Positions 1-13,100 of a DNA stretch of 64,000 nt are shown piece after piece. The stretch lies in assembly GCA_047495785.1 (NCBI GenBank), contig JBLDXI010000013.1:2542001-2606000 (forward strand), read 5' to 3'. A model generated the notes under the pieces. That model did no database searches, was not told the DNA's origin, and saw only the letters and a program-made list of their open reading frames with translations. The DNA is from Lepidodermella squamata (Eukaryota; Animalia; Gastrotricha). How positions within the stretch are numbered: the first letter of the stretch is position 1; each line of letters starts with the position of its first letter. The position numbers and the translations under genes are program-made.

Positions 1-380
1 TCGACATCACTGCGAACGGCAAATATCTAGTCTCCGGCGGATCTGATGGTCAGATATCGTTTTTCGATCTGACTGCTGCGATTTCAAGCTCATCAACCGA
101 TAAGAAGGGCGTTCCGACTGTAGAACCAGTTTTCAGTTTTAACCCTCATACAGACTGTGCTAATGGCATTAGCCTCCACCCGTCTTTACCGCTAATGTTG
201 ACGTCATCCGGCCAACGGTGGTTCGACATGAAACGGCTGATTTCGGGCAGTGATGATGATTCATCAGATTCCGATTACGACACGGAATTTTCAATACCTC
301 GAACCTCGGATTATAAAGCAAAAATTAGCCCGGAAAATTCTTTGAAGTTGTGGCAGTTTGAGGCGATTTCGCTTTCGTAA
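1..380 (+). CDS. WRAP53: Telomerase Cajal body protein 1 / WRAP53 (WD40), C-terminal part, 5' truncated by window edge
   Basis: Frame from nt 3 reads DITANGKYLVSGGSDGQISFFDL...HTDCANGISLHPSLPLMLTSSGQRWF...ENSLKLW*, matching the recalled WRAP53 motif DCxNGxSLHPSLPLLATxSGQRxF. Confidence 0.85.
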   Translation, partial: DITANGKYLVSGGSDGQISFFDLTAAISSSSTDKKGVPTVEPVFSFNPHTDCANGISLHPSLPLMLTSSGQRWFDMKRLISGSDDDSSDSDYDTEFSIPRTSDYKAKISPENSLKLWQFEAISLS

Positions 381-446
381 ATTCTGTGTTTTTTCGGCTC
401 AATTTATTTTTACTTTTTTGTTATATTTTTTGATGAAGAAAATAAA

Positions 447-1165
447 TCAAGAGTAAAGCATCAGCGTGAAGCACGTTATGTTGATTGCGACAGCTGCGAC
501 TGTGAGTAGGCCATAACAGCAGATGTCTAGAATTCTAATTAGTTGAATCTTGCCGAAACACCTGGTTGAAACTGAACGGGTAAAACGGGAAGTCTGGGCC
601 AGGCCGCATGCTATAATTGCGTAGTTGGTACATACGACGCCTATGGTGTTCAGCGCAACTTGCTGAACTACCATATATGTGATATCCGAAGACTGCGGGA
701 TTGAACTGGTAACCTGGTCTTGCAGGATAGTTAGGGCTAACATCACCGTCAACGAGACAGCTGGCCGATCTGGCATTTTAGCATCATGCTGAGCAGGAAA
801 AAACCGGGTAAGGTCATGGTAATAAAAAAACGCTGCGGTTGTCGCTTCATTTTGACAGTGAAAACCAGCCGATCGTAGGGTACGGAGTACCCACGGTAGT
901 TCACTTGAACCAGAGTTGCGTTGACATTCTCGACTACTTTCCAAATATCAGCCACGCCGCTGAAATCATCCTCGAGATCAGCGTAAGTAGCGTTTAATGA
1001 TACGAGGTAATTAGACTGGACAGATTCGAGGGTAACATAGCACGTCTGAGAGTCGAACGGAAATTTTTCAAGTTGGAGCTCGCAAAAAGAGGTCAGCTTA
1101 GTTATGACTTGCCATCGAATGGATCCCGTTGCATAGAAGTAGAGTCGAGCTGTCTCTCGCTGGCT
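447..1165 (-). pseudogene. Cys-loop ligand-gated ion channel fragment, frameshifted and 5'-truncated; paralog of 29812-31032
   Basis: Cys-loop CELQLEKFPFDSQTC (~1040-1085) and pre-M1 VFTVKMKR are in one frame. MPDRP-M2 through GKIQLIRILDI-M4 is in another. The frame switches near 780-795 with the end of M1 missing. No signal peptide or N-terminal ECD was found, and a TE nest lies upstream. Confidence 0.75.
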
Positions 1166-1833
1166 ACAAAAGGAAAAAAGGTTCCTAATTACTTACAATC
1201 GATCCATTCTCGACAGTCAAATGAAAAGGAGAATGAGCCGATATTTTGAAGGGATGTTGTGCCTTCAATTTTGAACAAAACAGATTCAAAACTTAGCAAG
1301 GAAGCGAATCAAGGAAAAAAAATCAGGCAAGCAAACTGGCACACCATACTAAATCAGTGGTTCTCTTCTACTCTTTTCTACACTTCGAAAAGCATTGGTG
1401 TGCCAAATGTGATCATTCATTCTTTTGACCTAAACCAGTGCTCCGCAAACTCGGTTGGGGCAGTTCATCGCGGCCGGAGAGCTTTTCTACAATGATGGCT
1501 GGAATGCGGCCGGCTACCCCGTTTCCTTCGATCATGACGCGAAATCATCCTATTTAAGACTATTTTCAGCCCATTATCAGTAAAATACCGTTAGCTAGAG
1601 CTCGCTTCGCTCGCATGTATTTTCAACCTCTGGTTTGCTGGGTCCAGTGTGGCAATCTTGAGCATTTCCTCTCATCTTTGAGTACCTATGTTCAAGTAGG
1701 AAACAGGAGGGACAAAACAATGTATGTGAGTTGAAGCCAAGACCCCCAGGAGCCATGTGGGGTAATCCTCGGGTCGCAACTGTGGCCCGTTCAGGTAAAC
1801 ATATGGACCGCAAATAATCGCATAGGAAGTACC

Positions 1834-2788
1834 CATAGAGCTAGTTTTAAGATAGAGGTCCTACTCCTGACTAAGGCTGTAAACGCCATGGGCACCAGAT
1901 GTTGTGATGAATCAGCATCGAGTGGTTGGAAAAGTAAACAAATCAGGTGATTTTCGATCGCTCATTATTCTTGAACGATTAGTCATAGTAAACAATTCCC
2001 GGCAGATCCAGGTAGCTGTTGAAACGATGAACAGATTGATTATTTTTTCGAAATTTTAACTATTTTTGAAATGGGGGAAAATCGCAAATAATGAGATTGA
2101 TCAATTAATAAAATATGACAACTGCCAATAAGAAGGCGAAATTGAAGGGTATTTTTAATGGACCAGGTAATTCTGATCACGCTCTACAATTCGATGCTTG
2201 GAGCGAGCTTGGAAGATTTTTTTCAGATTTTCTAGAATTTTGTATTCATTGAATGAATGGTTTTTCACTACATTTTGACTCTGATCCAGCTCCGGACTCA
2301 ATCCAGCCACACCATGTGCACATGGCGCACGTGCTGTCAACAAAGATTCTGGATAGAATCCAACCGGCTATCTCCATTTTGTAATGTAAAAAACCAAGTG
2401 GAATAATTTATAAAATCATAGAAAATCAGGAAAAAATCTTTCAAGCTCGCTCCAAGCATCAACATGTAGAGCTTGATCAGAATTACCCACCCTATTCGAA
2501 ATATGCTTCAATTTCGATTTAATTATTAGTTAATGTCGATTTATTTGAAATCACGAAATATTTTTTTAATATTGTTAATAATAATATTGTTCACCATTTG
2601 AAGCACTATCTGGTACCACTAAACTGTTTAACAAGAAAATTACCATGGATGAGAAATCGGGAATCGAAAAATCACCTGATTTGTTTACTTTTCCAACCAC
2701 TCGATGCTGATTCATCACAACATCTGGTGCCCATGGCGTTTACAGGCTTAGTCAGGAGTAGGACCTCTATCTTAAAACTAGCTCTATG
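1834..2788. mobile_element. Non-autonomous DNA transposon with ~125-bp TIRs (P-like or hAT), nested in the hAT element
   Basis: Near-perfect inverted repeats 1834-1958 / 2663-2788 starting CATAGAGCTAG. 8-bp TSD GAAGTACC (1826-1833 and 2789-2796). Confidence 0.92.
2166..2487. mobile_element. Degenerate MITE-like inverted-repeat element at the centre of the nest
   Basis: ~80-bp imperfect inverted repeats (GGTAATTCTGATCA...GATGCTTGGAGCGAGCTT vs AAGCTCGCTCCAAGCATC...TGATCAGAATTACC). No clear TSD. Confidence 0.65.
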
Positions 2789-5700
2789 GAAGTACCGCTG
2801 AAGGAATCGCTACTGTTGACTCAAGTGTTGGGAAGCAGTCGGCTTATGTAGTTGAAGTTTGTTTCTAAGGCTTGTGGAATTAACTTGTTTTTAATGGCCC
2901 CTGTTCATTAAACCACTCCGCTAAGCGCAATAGAGCTCGCAATAGAAACTTAGAAACAATGGAAAAAAATTGCGGCCGATGAACGAGCATTACCAATGTT
3001 GGTACGGCCGGGGAAGGGACTGATCTTATCTGCCAAAGCTTTCCGGCCGCCAAAAATGGGGGCGGTGAAACAAGTTTGCGGAGCACTGACCTAAACTTCA
3101 CTTTGTGCTTCACGAAGTCGAAGAACGTTTGTTTGCGAGTGTTTCGCACACGGTAATCCGGACTCATGTTAAGTTTTGCGCGCTAACCGCAGATTACAGT
3201 GGTGCCGAATGTCTGAAAAAACCCAACAATTGAAAAATTTTATTTTCACTCTTGAGGCAAAACTGACTCATTTTTCGCCTACCGTCCTCTCATCGTCGCA
3301 GACCAAACAATGATACATATTTTTCAATATTGCTCTAGATTTTAGATTAGATCAAGAATTGATTTTATCACTATCTTGGCGTCAAATTGTATCTTCAATG
3401 AGGAAGAAAGAGGAAGAAATCGGTTACCGAATTTTTTGCTTTTCGACACAGTAAATTGAAGCAACGGAAATAAACTTCAGTGCTTAAGTGTGAAAAACTT
3501 TTGCTGACATTGTTGGCGGCGTCAATTAAACAACTTTTTTGTTCTACGGATCTGACATTGAACGCCGGAAGTTGATAAATAGGTAATAAATAAATTATTC
3601 TTAATTAAAAAGTATGAATGCTAGGATTTCCTTTCCTTGCCTTTTCCCCGGAAGTCAAACAAAACTTCGGCGGTTAAGCCAATTGCCAATTAGAACTAAT
3701 AACAATCATGGCAATGTCTCGCGTGCGGCCACTTTCGGATGCTTTCTGCTTGCATGCAAATGCGTCACCACAGCGTTTCGCCGTTTGACAATCACTGAGC
3801 TGAGGCTACAATCCAGGCGGATTCAAAGCTTCGACATTACCCACGCTTCATCGACTATGCTAGGCAATAACACGGTGAGACAATCAACTCGGGAAAACTC
3901 GGGCACTGTAACGTTTTGATCGGCTTGACACTCGACCTGCACTGTGAATGGAAACAAGGTTCAAAAAGAATCGACAAAGACAATCATTGTAGCAACCCAA
4001 ATGCTGAGATTACGACCAGGGAGTATCAATTAGGCAAAAAGGATCTGATGCGCTATTGGCGAACCTGACCTTGGATGCATGTCATTAGATGACGAGGAAC
4101 CACGCCCTTTCAACGCGATCAAAAGCCCCAATCACTTCTTGATATATTGTAAATTGAACTGAAACGAAAAAGATAGCGCTATGGACAACTAAAAAGATGC
4201 AAACTATAGATCTCGATGTCAAAAATTAGGAATCCCTTGGAATCCCTAGAACCTGGGACGTGACTTTTTGCGCTTGTTAGCCGAATGCTTGGTTAAACCT
4301 GGCAAAACTATCTGAAGATTAGCCATCAGGCCAATGGAAAGTTCAACGTTGCTTACAATAAACTATAAACAGCAAAATTACAGACGCCTCTGGACACGCT
4401 TATTCTTTGTTCCTACTTTGGGCAGGTCCCCGGAGGGGGACTGCTGTTAGTCGGAAGACGAGAGTTTGTCCAGGACACCTGCGGCAGCTCAAGACTTCAA
4501 ATACTATTCTTTTTTTTATAAAGAAACATATCTTTTTCAGAAACTCAATTTTAACATCTTTTATTTTATGAATATTCAAATTTATGCAAATTAGGTCTCG
4601 CCTAATTTAGAAGAGAGACGTCTTAGTGCTCGTGCTGGGTTTACCCTCATCGACAGATTTTGTGTAGAGTGAGAGAAACTTCGACGAGAGCAGCATATTG
4701 TTACACGGTTGTCGCGCAGTCCTGTTTGAAAACTAAGGAAGCCTTGCGGAGTGGAGTATTAACTGCGCCACACGAGAATAACTTATTGAGGGTGGGTTCT
4801 GTTTCAAAAGGAGGTAGAACAACAAAGCCGCGTGAGATCTACCCCACTCCGCTCGCCCTGCTCTCTCCGTCTCGCAGTTACAATGTGAGAAGAGAAGCAG
4901 TGGAGTATTAACTGCGCCACTGGCGAGACGGTAGGCTCAGAACATCACTCCATTGGTATCAGTGAGCGGTGCATAATCACACTGACAACTGATATGCAAA
5001 GAACGGTTGAGACAATTTCCGTTTCAAAATGAGCTAGACGAACGAAGCCGCGACATTGTGGGAAGTCTTTCAATGATTTAGTCAGCTGAGTATTTCACTG
5101 AAAATCACTGAAGCCTGCGTCATTGCAGTTAACAAATGAGATTGCATATAGCTAAAATGACTCTGATTGCGCTTCTGATTCTCATACGATACTTTTCCAA
5201 TGCCCCCTCGCCTTCAATTCAACATTAGTAGGCACCAGCATACGATGATCACAGCAGAACGCCGCGTCACTGAGGTGTGTTTTATCACTGTAACACTTAA
5301 GTGTTCACACCGTTCGATAGCAGTCGATCAAATGTCCTGTGTGGAAGACTTCTCATTTTCACTGATCATCGTTTCATTCGGTCAACTGAGAGTAAATATA
5401 TTGCTGTCACACGACGCCTGCAATGCCATTGAAATGTGATTGCAGACTACAATTCCCGCTTCTCTTGTGCGTATGATTCGCAGATGACACACTCTCAACA
5501 CCCACACTTTTTCTAGGTCAAAAGTTGCCGTTGTTGAGAAAAATGTTCAACATTGGTTACGTTGTTTATTTTTGTTCAACATCCGAACTCCGAACACATG
5601 AATTATAGGTTTCAGATCATCTGATTTATAGAAAACATACCCTAATGCCTCGAGCACACAATTAAGGTTTTGCTGAACTCATGTCAACTCACGTTTTATT

Positions 5701-8135
5701 ATTATTACAGGATTGCTGCTCCTTGAGGAATCTCCGCAGTCATTCTAGACTTATTTACAGAATTATGTACTCTTTTCTCAATGACAATCACGCTGTGTTA
5801 TCTTTGAGTTAAAATTAATAACTGATCGGTGATCAGTGATCAATGACATGTGAGTTTCGTATCTAATAAAGAGCAAGTAATATCGGAAGAAAGCTTCTCT
5901 ACGACATAGCTAACCTCTATTCAATACCTAATCATCAGTAATAGTTTAGTTTTTTATTCGAAAAACTATTATCAGAAGAACGCTTTTATATGATAGAGCT
6001 AATTCCTCTAAGGGTACGCATTCCGAGATCTAACCTTTACGCATCTAGAGAGAGCAGAAGCATAATGCTGAGAGATGAAGCTACCCTGAGAGGTCTTCGC
6101 AAATGCAATAATATTGACATCAGCCATCAGCCACAATCCAATTAGTTTGTGTTAATTTTATTCCTCTTGAATAATCTTGAACTTCTAGATCTTCTCAGAA
6201 ATTTACCGGCTGAATTCCTTGGAGATTAATATATCGAGCGCAGTTGTGCTTCCAATTTGGATTTTGAGTTTGCATATTTTTCGTTAGAAGAGTGATAGAA
6301 CCGAGAGAAATTCGGAGTTCAGAATCGTCAATAAGCCCAGAAGTGTAGATGCTTATCATTCATCATTATCCGCGTTGAACGATCCTTACCTGAGCATTTG
6401 AGCTCAACCACAGAAAGGCACCACAAAGGCACAGAGAGACATACGTTTTGTTCTCTATGCTCTCAAGTTGCTCGTTTGCTAAATGAGTGTTGGCTTTGAC
6501 TCACTGGTATAACTTCTTTAAAACGAAGAACAAATGCACTCGCTAACTCACAGTTGGAGTTAAAGTTTTGATTCGATTATTACAGATGGCCACTGCGGCT
6601 ACGTAAATGTCAGCGCTCATGCGAGTTCGAAGTTATCAATTCAATTCAGCATGACATCAACGTGGTCTGTACCGAAACTAAGATATTTTAGCTTGACGGC
6701 GCAGATAAATCATACCTCTAGAGACAAATTGAGATACGCAACTGAGCACAATAAAACTGAATGAAGAATTCCGATGAGAGCTTGCGGGAGCTTGTAAAAC
6801 TGAGTTGTGGGAACAGCTGATCGAACGCGCCGATACTCGCTGGTGTCATGCAGTGAACACATTGAAAACGCATCGTCACGCTGACTGCATGCTTTGATCG
6901 TCTAGCTAGGGCTGGGTGACTTACTCAATGCCACGAACATCTGACCGCTGCTCTACTCGAACTCTTGACTCTTTTGAATGGGAGATCTGATATTTCAAGC
7001 TGGCCGCTGGCTTTTCTAGCCGCTGGCTCTTACTAGACCTTTTCTACGTCAGTCATCTCTTACTAGATACTAGACCTTTTCTATATAAAATTAAAACTCC
7101 TTTTTCCGCAAGACAACGCAAGACAAGGGGACCTGCCCATTACGCCACGCTGCAAGCGCAGCGCAGCGGCGTAAGAAAATTTAAACGTAGAACTTGGAAC
7201 AAACAAACTTCGTCGCTACGATAAAACACGCGGCAGTTTCTAGCTTTATTTTATATTATTTAATATTTTATTCAATATTAAAATATATTTTAGTAATGAT
7301 TTTATAAAAGTAATTTTTCTCATTTTTTTGCAGAATCGATCTTTTTGCTTTTTTTGCCTTCTGTTTTTTAAGCCCGACCACAACTGCTCGGTGCATCTTT
7401 GGCTCAGACAGTGGAAAGCCAAATGCCTTGATATAGGCCCTATTCTGTAAGTTGACCTCGTTGCTGTTCCACTGGCGCACTTTGCCGAACTTTGAGGATA
7501 CCATCGTTGGATATGACCTGGCGGTCGTGGCTGCGAGCCATCAGCTGATTTCAATTCGGTCTGAGTCATCAGCTGATCAGCATAAATGTTGCTTTTTCGG
7601 TTAGAATCAAGCTCAGAAGCTTCCTGTACGGGCAGTTTTTTACCCTTAATTCTTGTTCGCCATATCCGCGAAATCGGCGGTGAGAATATTGCAGTGTGTG
7701 ATACTTCGTCGTTAGCTATCAATTGAAGCCTATTTATTAAATATGCAAAGGCAATGAGATTTGATTTGATTGATTTGCATCGGAGTCACTTATTTGTATT
7801 TACATGATAAGGTGAGATTAGGCCTTCAGCCCTACAAATATCTAAGTAATATTCATTATCTCATCAAGCGGTTTTGGCATAAACCGATGACAAAACCAGG
7901 ATAGTCCAATGATCCGTTACCAACTGAAACCGTCCTTGATTATGAAATGCTTACTTTTTAATCCTCTTTCAAATCTATTCTCTTTCTATTTAGATTGTTG
8001 TTATGTGCGTAGTAACAGATAGTAGTTAGAGAATATCGGTGGTTCGTTCTTAGTTACATGCGATGGCCGCGATGTCGAGTTGGACCAGAAATCATCATCT
8101 AATGCGGATTTCTCTTTCTGAATAAGTCTTGGAAC

Positions 8136-10124
8136 ATGGACCCATCATCAATTATTGCTCAGGTAGATAGAGATACTACTCCTGTTGCATCTACTAAATT
8201 GGGAACCGGCACCGGTCCGCCAAATGAGAAACCTCGGAAAGGTAAGGTCTCACGATTGTGGCCATAAATTTATTTACAATTTAATTGTCACGTAGGAAAT
8301 GTGAAAAAGCATTTGGCTATTTTGAGAGATCGCTTATTTTGCTGCGTTCGCTCGAGTGCTCCATCCCCTCCCGAACATGCAGCTGGACAAAACAGTTCAA
8401 AATCTCAAAGCAAGCGAGCCCAAATTTACAGTCCGCAAGGTAAAAGCGGGAACGTCTCAGTCGTCAGACGAACCCCTGGTGGGTCTGAATCAGCCAATAA
8501 TGGTCGGTCTGACATGCCTCTCCTTGCTAATGAGAACGGTGGTAATGGCGATTTTGTCACATGTGAATCTGTCGTTCTTTCGGAATCTCGCGGTGACGAT
8601 GGAACATCTAGTTCCAAAACTCATCAGCAAGGTCGTGGTGTGCTTTATGAAGTACATTTATCCACGACTGTGTCATCGTCATCGTCCGGTCGCCATTCTA
8701 GTCCGACACAAGTGGCGACTCCAAATAGCGGAAATGGTGAGGTGTCGTTTTCTCATGAAAATGGCCGCAATCGACCGTCTTCCTCGGTAAGAGCAATAAA
8801 GCGTGATTTAGGCAATTTGCTAATTTGTTTGCTATTCTAGTTGGTATCTTCTGGTGCTGCGAATGGCCAACCCATAAGCAGCACTCCTCTTAGTTACTCG
8901 ACTGCTAACAATAACGGTAACGGTGGAAGTGGTAATGTGGCAAGGGGTCCACAAGTGTTCTCGCCTTCGCCCATCTCCGGTGTAAATCCGTCGGCTCCGC
9001 CTGGCCGCCGCGTTGTAACCTATCAACAAACTGAATGCTCGATCACTTGCAATTCATCAGGTCAGACAACAGCAGGTGCCTCATCGACGTCTTTCTCCGT
9101 GCTGCTTGGAGCGCCGCTCCACGAAGATCGTCACAAGCCTTGTCTCATCATTGACCTTGATGAGACCCTCGTGCATAGCTCGTTTAAGCCCATTCCAAAT
9201 GCCGATTTTATCGTACCGGTAGAAATTGATGGCACCATCTATCAGGTTTGTATTAATTGAATAATCTATACATGTTGGTTTTGCAATTGTATCTTGTTGT
9301 AGGTTTACGTTCAAAAACGGCCGCATGTGGACGAATTTCTTCAAAGAGTTGGCCAGATGTACGAGTGCGTATTGTTTACGGCGAGTCTTGCTAAGGTGAG
9401 TTGATGTTTAAATCAATTTTTGCAAGACTTGAGTTTGTTGTTTTGCTTTTAGTACGCGGATCCTGTGGCAGACCTGCTCGATAAATGGGGCGTTTTTCGG
9501 GCGCGGTTATTCCGCGAGGCATGCGTGTTCTACCGCGGAAACTACGTCAAAGATCTCGGCCAAATCGGTCGCGAGATTGATTTGACGGCAATTATCGATA
9601 ATTCTCCCGCGTCCTACTTGCTACACCCGGAAAACGCGATACCGGTGACAAGTTGGTTCGACGATCCGAACGACACTCAGTTACTTGAGCTGCTACCTGT
9701 TCTCGAGCGGTTGGCGGCGAATCTCGCGCCCGGAGTGCGTCAGGTGGGCGCGAGGGAGCTGCTTCGGGAACTTGTTGGGCCTGTGCCGCAGGTCTCGCCG
9801 ATGGCCCCGCCTACTCCGAACACGACCGGAAACTCTGTTGTTACTTCGGCCGTCAATCCGAATACTCAACCGAGTCAACAATCGCAACAGCAACAGCAGC
9901 AACAACAACAACAACAGCAGCAGCAAGATAGTGGGGTGAATACTACTGCAGTTTCTAGTTCGAACTCAAGCTCTGCCCCGACGTCACCGTTCAGTCCGCA
10001 ACCGGTGCAATTGGTAGTCGTCGGGCCGAATACAACGAGCACGATTCACCACATCACGCCCTCGGTGTCGTCCAACTCAAATTCGCGGACTACTTATCGC
10101 ACGTCACGGTTCAACGTTCACTAA
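8136..10124 (+). CDS. CTDSP: CTD small phosphatase (SCP/CTDSP family, HAD); 5 exons 8136-8241, 8296-8786, 8841-9245, 9303-9395, 9453-10124
   Basis: [11 protein letters not shown]-terminus, LFCC motif, catalytic [56 protein letters not shown] introns of 54-57 nt keep frame. Confidence 0.95.
9885..9926 (+). repeat. CAA/CAG polyglutamine tract in CTDSP C-terminal tail
   Basis: Mixed CAA/CAG run encoding ~14 Gln. Confidence 0.9.
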
Positions 10125-13100
10125 CTAACTAACTAACTGATTGATTGAATGAAGATTGTGCAACATGACGTTTATTTTGAAAGAAACAAGTCAAAAGAGC
10201 GAGAACAAAATTGATTGATTTTGAGTGAGTGAATTTTTTTTCATCAAATTCTTCTTCTTCTTCGATGATTTATGCATTGTTGTTTCTACTTCTACTACGA
10301 TTATTATCTATCATTATTTTGGAGCTTCTTATATGTATACAAATGATTTGGTATATGATAGAAGAAGCGCTGCCTTGACCCGGTGTTATTCTTCGCGATA
10401 GGCGCGTTATACGTATATACACTAAACCAAAGAGGAGATATCCACAGCTTATATATGTTACTATGCTACGACTACTGTTATGAAAAAATACTACAATGTA
10501 AAAACGGCAACTTGAATCTACACAATCTCGCGATGTTTTCAATATAATAATCATTTCAAAACAAACTACTTCGATGTCTCTGATAAAATTATTATACAAG
10601 CATCCATGTGCCTTAAAAAATAATCGTTCAGTATATTTAGCTTAGACATATTTATTGAATTAATTATTTCGCTGGACCGTTGCAACCCTCTTTCCTCGGC
10701 AAACTTGAGAAAAAATGTCCGTTTTTTTTCTTCAAAATTAAAATGCAGTGAGCATAGTCATTTTTTGTCGCGCCACCTAAACGTGCCTTTCTTCAAGATT
10801 ATGAGATGAAACAAGCTGGTTACTAAAACACAAAAAATTATCGCGCCTCTTTTATTATTATTGTTATTATCGACTGCAACGCCCGATAAAAGAATCCTAG
10901 AAGCGGTGACCTGTACAAATTGGCGATCTCCTTATTACCTTGTTATTTTTAGCTGGCGGAAAATCCACACCTAAGCCTTTCGAAATTCATATTTTTTCTT
11001 TTCGTGTTTTTTCTGTTGATAACAAACACAACTTTTCTGTTATCGCGCGCACTTGACGACAGTATTCCGAATCAATTTATATATCTATACTTATTTCTCG
11101 TATGCTTTGCTTGATTTCTATGCTGCTGCTTTGTAAACCACGTTCACATTTCACAACAAGTCCAAGAAAAACTTAGTTGTTCGTCTCGCTTTCCGTGTTC
11201 AATCGATCGATTTTCGAAGGTCAAGTAATTGAATTTTGTTTCGCGCGAAAGCGGGGCTTGCAAATTTTGTTTTTAAAAGCAACTTGCCGTTGAATGGCGC
11301 ACGAATTCGCTAGGCAGTTTACCCTCCAATGTAAGGACGCCCTATTAGACGATAATTTTTCTCATCCTTTTACTACCACTACTACTGGTCAAGTACAAAA
11401 ACATTTATAATAACAAACTAGCGTTCTCTTTTTGAGAATAAGATCCGTCAATTATTCATTCACCAAGTGCTGTCTGTAGTTATATGCCCGTTCAATTGTT
11501 TGCTCTGGCTCTTGCGTGCTTAGCCTCATCCCGATGCCGTTGTGCCGACTAATATAATAGTACAATTGATGGTGATGATGATTGCTATAATGATAATATA
11601 GTAAAAACTGTACCTATTAACTCAGTATAGACCGTCGCTTCTCATAGTGAATTATCAGCCATGAATTTGCAATAGAACTTCTCGTCGTCTCAACGGGCAA
11701 TATAGCAAACTTTTTAGGAGGCAAACTGAAAACAAAATGTGATTCAGTCAAGAATCCACGCACCATTTCTATAATATTTTGAACAACAAACACACGTTAT
11801 GCAACTCTTTTTTTCTTCTCTTCAGCGACCATCGAAATTATAGAGCTTATGATTGATAAAAAGAAAATCGTGAGTTTATACACATTTCCATCTTCCTTTT
11901 CCGCTTCTTATTCACTTGGAAATTATACAACATTATAACAGCATTTTTTGCAAAACATATTTCTTATTCGTACCGAGAATTCACCGCGTTTAACCGATGA
12001 AGTACCCCGTGTAATGAAATGATTTCTTAGCACGATTTACCGTAGCCTCATAGTCATTTAAACCCGCGCGATTTTCCTGGTGGATTTTGTGTAGTTTTTG
12101 ATACTTACTGCTATTGCATGTTTTTTTCGGCAATCTTACCATGTCCTGCTACGTAAAATTGAATATTATCTTTATTATATTAGTTTATTTTCCATTTAGT
12201 GGAATACGCGAAAGTCCTCTGGGTCTCCCATCAATTTTGTAAATATCTTACTGAAAGTGCGATGCTGCTGGCTTGAAAAGTGAAATTGTTATGTACCTAT
12301 AAATGAAAAATGACTGCAACTATTTTTTGACACATGAAGTTTCGCACCTGTTTGCCATTGATAATTTGTACCTTGAAATATGTGCGCGCTTAAAATTCCT
12401 CTCTTTGCTTTATTTTTTCTCTCTTCTTGAGGACAAATTTCTATCAAATTTTGTGACTACATAAAAATCTGAATCGAATATAGAGCGTTGATATTGCAAC
12501 CTCGATGTGCCTTGAAACGGTGTAAAATCAGAATGAAATATCTTATTTTTTTCTTCTTACTGTTTTATCTTGATGAAAAATCCTGTTAAGGTTTCTCACC
12601 ACCGCAACTAGTGTACGAAGAAAGGGCGCGCCATTATTTCCTCTGCTGTTTTTTGTTTTGTTTCTTCTTGAAGCGTTCTATGATACATTGTTATAAAGAC
12701 TATTCTACTTCTTGGCCATCGTCCACATATTACTACTAACATTATTATTATGACTATCACTTGTTTTCATTATATTAATACATAAATATTTAAAAAAGCG
12801 ATGTCTTTATTTCTGAATAATAATAATATGCAAAAGGACGAATGCGCATTTTTCTTGCATTGATTTTTTGTATGCGCGTCGTGTTCAGGCGCGGCCTGAT
12901 CGCTAGGCGCACCGCGCACCGCTGTGTTATATATATATATATTATACAAAAAAATAATATGTGTCTTGTGCGGTCCGCTATATAGCAAAATATTCGGCTA
13001 CTATTTCGACGTACTGTATATAAAATATAAGAATACACTGCGCACGATGTGTAGGAATATTGGAATAATTCATGCTCTTTCGCGCGCTTTTTTCCTCCAT

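Larger units (their letters stand above)
1436..3088. mobile_element. Non-autonomous hAT (Charlie-like) DNA transposon
   Basis: Perfect 16-bp TIR CAGTGCTCCGCAAACT (1436-1451 / 3073-3088). 8-bp TSD ACCTAAAC (1428-1435 and 3089-3096). No transposase ORF. Confidence 0.9.

Noticed and set aside
4900-7722. LINE reverse-transcriptase relic (faint DLS- and YAD-like words on the minus strand)
   Set aside because: Motifs are too degenerate and not in a convincing order to call by eye.
8242-9452. miR-26-like intronic miRNA as in vertebrate CTDSP genes
   Set aside because: Introns are only 54-57 nt and show no matching sequence.
10122-10136. Stop-codon readthrough at TAA-CTA in CTDSP
   Set aside because: Another in-frame TAA follows after three codons, and the context is not the UGA-CUAG motif.
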